Positions 60,619-64,000 of a stretch of DNA of 64,000 nt are shown here, one piece after another. Source of the DNA: Eledone cirrhosa (lineage: Eukaryota); NCBI GenBank assembly GCA_964016885.1, contig OZ024747.1, positions 44,392,001 to 44,456,000 of the forward strand, read 5' to 3'. Position 1 is the stretch's first letter. The number at the start of each line of letters is the position of its first letter. The notes under the pieces were generated by a model that did no database searches, was not told where the DNA came from, and worked only from the letters and a program-made list of their open reading frames with translations. Position numbers and translations under genes: made by a program.

Positions 60619-60684
60619 TATTTTATCTGATGAAAGCGCACCATAATTTGCCTTGGTTGCCCTTGAAATATATATAATAAAATA
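60619..60684 (+). ncRNA. Type I hammerhead ribozyme (right arm)
   Basis: TATTTTAT(60619-26)-CTGATGA-AAGCGCACCA..TGGTTGCCCTT-GAAA(60665-68)-TATATA-TA-ATAAAATA(60677-84). Perfect 8-bp stem I. Predicted cleavage after 60676. Confidence 0.87.
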
Positions 60685-60815
60685 AATATGGTTTTATAAA
60701 TATAGTTTCCATTTATTAATATATTGTGTATTTACTCCACTAACTTGTTGAATGCTTTATATCAGTTATGAAAATGATTAAGCTTGTTGAATCCTAACAA
60801 ATTAAATATAACATC

Positions 60816-60923
<108 letters not shown>

Positions 60924-62689
60924 AATGTATGTAAGGGCAATAGAGGTGAGTTGGCTAAGTTGTTTAATACTGGTTTAGCTGCAAAGTTCATTTCAACATA
61001 GAAGGCAAAAAGATCTGCTAAAATTGATGGAGAAATCTTCAAATGGGACATTGATGACAAACCGACAAGTTTGTGCTATAAAATCTATTTTATGCTCTGT
61101 TTTTCATATTTTCCTTACTGTCTTTCTGTTGTTCTGTTTGTAATCATTATTCTTTGCTGCACTTGTCCCTTAAAGCTATTTAACTAATATTAATGTGGAA
61201 GGAGATAAAGATTTTAAAGGAAAGAAAAAAATGTAAATATTTGAGAATGCTCATATCCTCAATTAATTAAACAAATTTCAACCTATAAATTATTTCTTAT
61301 TTGAAATGTAAATACAACACTCAGGAGCATATGTTAAAATTTATTGACAAAACATTTCAGCATTTCATCAACATCAGTTAGCAAAGGAAATCAGAAACAT
61401 TTTATAGAAGATTATGGCATGAAAATATAGAATACCTATATAGTAGAAATTAGATAATTCCAGAGTTGTTTTCAATTAAAAATAGAAAGAAACTGTAAAT
61501 ATTTCCATTCATATATGAAGAATCATTTTAACTAAACATGAAAGTATATACTCATACAATAATCTACAAACCAACAGCTATAGAAATATTATCCAACCTA
61601 CTAAACTCTCATCTATTTCCATAGTATGTGCTGCCTATCTGAAAAAGAGAGCTCAATACAGTACTAAAGTGTGTATTTTTACTGAAGACATAAAGGCATT
61701 GTACTTTCTATAACTCTAATAAATGTGTATGTGTGCATACATATATAAATGTATATATATATATATATACATACAAATGTATATATACATATGATAGTAT
61801 ACCAAAACATATGTGTGTATATACATACACACATGTTTTGGTGTACTGTCCATTTTGCGTCCTTATTCAATCAATCTACTCAACTTCCATATATATGTGT
61901 GTGTATGTATGTGTGTATGTATGTGAGTATATATGTGTGTTACATACGCGTACGTGCGCACACACACACACACACATATATATATATAACCCATGCAAGC
62001 GTGGAAGATGGACGTTAAACGATGATGATAATGATGATAATGATGATATATATATACATTTCTATCTATATGTGTGTGTGTGTGTTACTACAGATTGACT
62101 GTTAGATGTTATCAGCGTATAAGCTTTAACTGCTCTAAAAAGTCAATTTCACAACAGAGATTCTTCAGAGAGATACAGTAGCAATATTTGTTTCCTCTGC
62201 TTTATTGTTGTAAGGTTAGCAATAATAATAATTCAAAATATATATATCAATGAAACTTACGATTAATGCCAAAGAAAACAATTAACCTTTTTGAAACTAA
62301 ACCATCTAAAACTGCCTCCGGTTCAATAATAAATACTAAGCTGTTAATTTAAAGGTGTTTATATTTATCTAAAAACCTTCCATAATAATTTTTAAGTTAA
62401 TAACAATTGTTAAGTTATCTGTCAAACAACAACTTAATAATGAGAAATTCTTGATTATTTTCAAAATTATTTCAAAATTATGGGTTGTATCTTTCAATGG
62501 TAATAGAAGGAGTAAAACAAATTTTATCTTTAATAGCCATCACTAAACAGATATGATCCCATACTACCTAACTTTAACCTGTATAATAATTCAAAAAAAT
62601 AATGAGACATCTTTGAAAAAATAGTAACCCTGCTGTTATGCCTCAGTTTTTCTCAATGCTATAAGGATACAAAAAAGGTTAAAGTCTGT

Positions 62690-62872
62690 CCCAAGCCCAT
62701 AGTTTCATCAGGTGAGAGCTTATCCAGGTTTCAGTGATGTTAAATGACTGAGAATACAATCCCCAGCTGCAGTTTTCATTTTCAGCTGAGTATACTGGAG
62801 CAACGTGAAATGAAGTATTTTTGCTTAAGAAAACAACATGCCACCCAGTCCAGGAATCGAACCCATGGCATT
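62690..62872 (-). mobile_element. Degenerate CORE-type SINE
   Basis: Minus: GGGTTCGATTCCTGGACTGGG B-box, AAGCAAAAATACTTCATTTCACGTTGCTCCAGT. Confidence 0.6.
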
Positions 62873-64000
62873 AGGATATGAAATATTAAAATTAATAAGC
62901 ATGTATTGAACACAATGGAGATTTACTATTAATCTATACATTTTTCTTTTATCATCATCGTTTTACATCCACTCTTCTATGGATGGGGTTTTTCCAGCAC
63001 ATTTATTATGAATTTTTTTGGCAAAATCTAAATATGAAATACTTTAAAATGAAAAAGAACCACTTAACTGTATATTCAAGTTTAGTGAATAAAATCTGGT
63101 TTTTCTTTTGAAAGAAATATTGAAATTATATTCTCTTTGAATGTGAAATACATTTGTTAAATATCTCTAGGCTTTAAATAATTTAATTTCTTTTTACCAC
63201 ACCTGATATCAATAGGAACACTGTTTGTGTGTATCTTCATTATTACAAAACTTTCTAAAGCAAGTGCTCCCAATGTGTTGAATATCAAACCCCACCCCAG
63301 TGTCAATGGGATTGCCCAGGCAGGTCAATTCAAGCTTTGAGTATAAAACCTGACATTTGTATAAGGAGTGAAAATAGATAAAGTAATGCAATAAGATGCA
63401 ACTCTCTTATACAAGTTTCTGATTTATTATCTATTTATTTTATATTCTGTTTACTGACTCATTTATTTACATGCCTGAGCTTGATGATGGGTCAAGGATT
63501 CTATGAAAGGAGTCGATTGATGGTCTAAAAAATCGGAGTGTCTTGTTCTAAAGAATGGTAGATATGGAGAAGAAAAAGTACAACAAATTGATAATTTAAA
63601 GCCAAGACAGACTTAGACCATGAAACCTTTCAGATGATCAAGTTAAATAAGATACCATGATTGAAATGACAATGGCTGAGTAGAGAGCAGAACAAATAGT
63701 TCAAATCATTGACAATGAAGATTATTTATGATTTGATATGATGTTTTTCCTTAAAAGATTCTATAGTGCAAAATACTTGAACGTGATAATTTTTGACTGC
63801 TAAGTAATTAACAGAACACACTATATATAAGTTAAGTGACTGTCGAAGCCTGAAGCATGTGCACTCACTAGATACAGATGCCAAATGCTATAGAGCAAGT
63901 GATTGATGTAATATCTTGAATATCTAAAATTCACTGAAAGATTATTAAAAGTGTGAAAAAATATAATAATCCCATTGAACGTAGTTTTCTTGTCGTAATG

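Larger units (their letters stand above)
60411..60727. repeat. Fold-back inverted repeat (about 126-bp arms, about 64-nt spacer) carrying two hammerheads
   Basis: Arms 60411-60536 and 60601-60727. The element continues to about 60820 and is flanked by (TA)n. Second family member at 20835-21487. Confidence 0.92.

Noticed and set aside
63203-63349. Minus-strand exon-like segment (TGTCAG acceptor, CAG|GTGTGG donor)
   Set aside because: Stops in all three frames and weak splice signals; unsupported without RNA data.

Overview
AT-rich, microsatellite-dense eukaryotic DNA. The repeat inventory (tRNA-headed CORE-type and Meta/MESC-type SINEs, RTE LINEs with an internal PHD-like finger, very long (TA)n tracts) suggests a mollusc, most likely an octopus or other coleoid; this is an inference. 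I recognise no host gene, so the window looks intronic or intergenic. The only long genuine ORF is an apparently intact RTE-clade LINE (49496-52615, APE + RT + C4HC3 finger) preceded by a tandemly repeated 5' region. The rest is truncated RTE copies, an R4/Dong-like RLE LINE relic, a non-autonomous Helitron, piggyBac-like and hAT MITEs, SINEs and mini/microsatellites. The most notable signal is not in the ORF track: a set of small (TA)n-embedded elements carrying type I hammerhead ribozyme folds. Eight are near-complete, at about 2.2, 21.0, 22.0-22.5 (three), 25.0 and 60.4-60.7 kb (two). Most lie in head-to-head fold-back arrangements, one tandem pair could release a 178-nt monomer, stem substitutions between copies preserve pairing, and several elements share a downstream ACTC...GAGTA motif. 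A degenerate Penelope-type GIY-YIG fragment at about 32 kb points to a Penelope-like/retrozyme-like system. All structures and alignments were done by eye; nothing was computed or searched.
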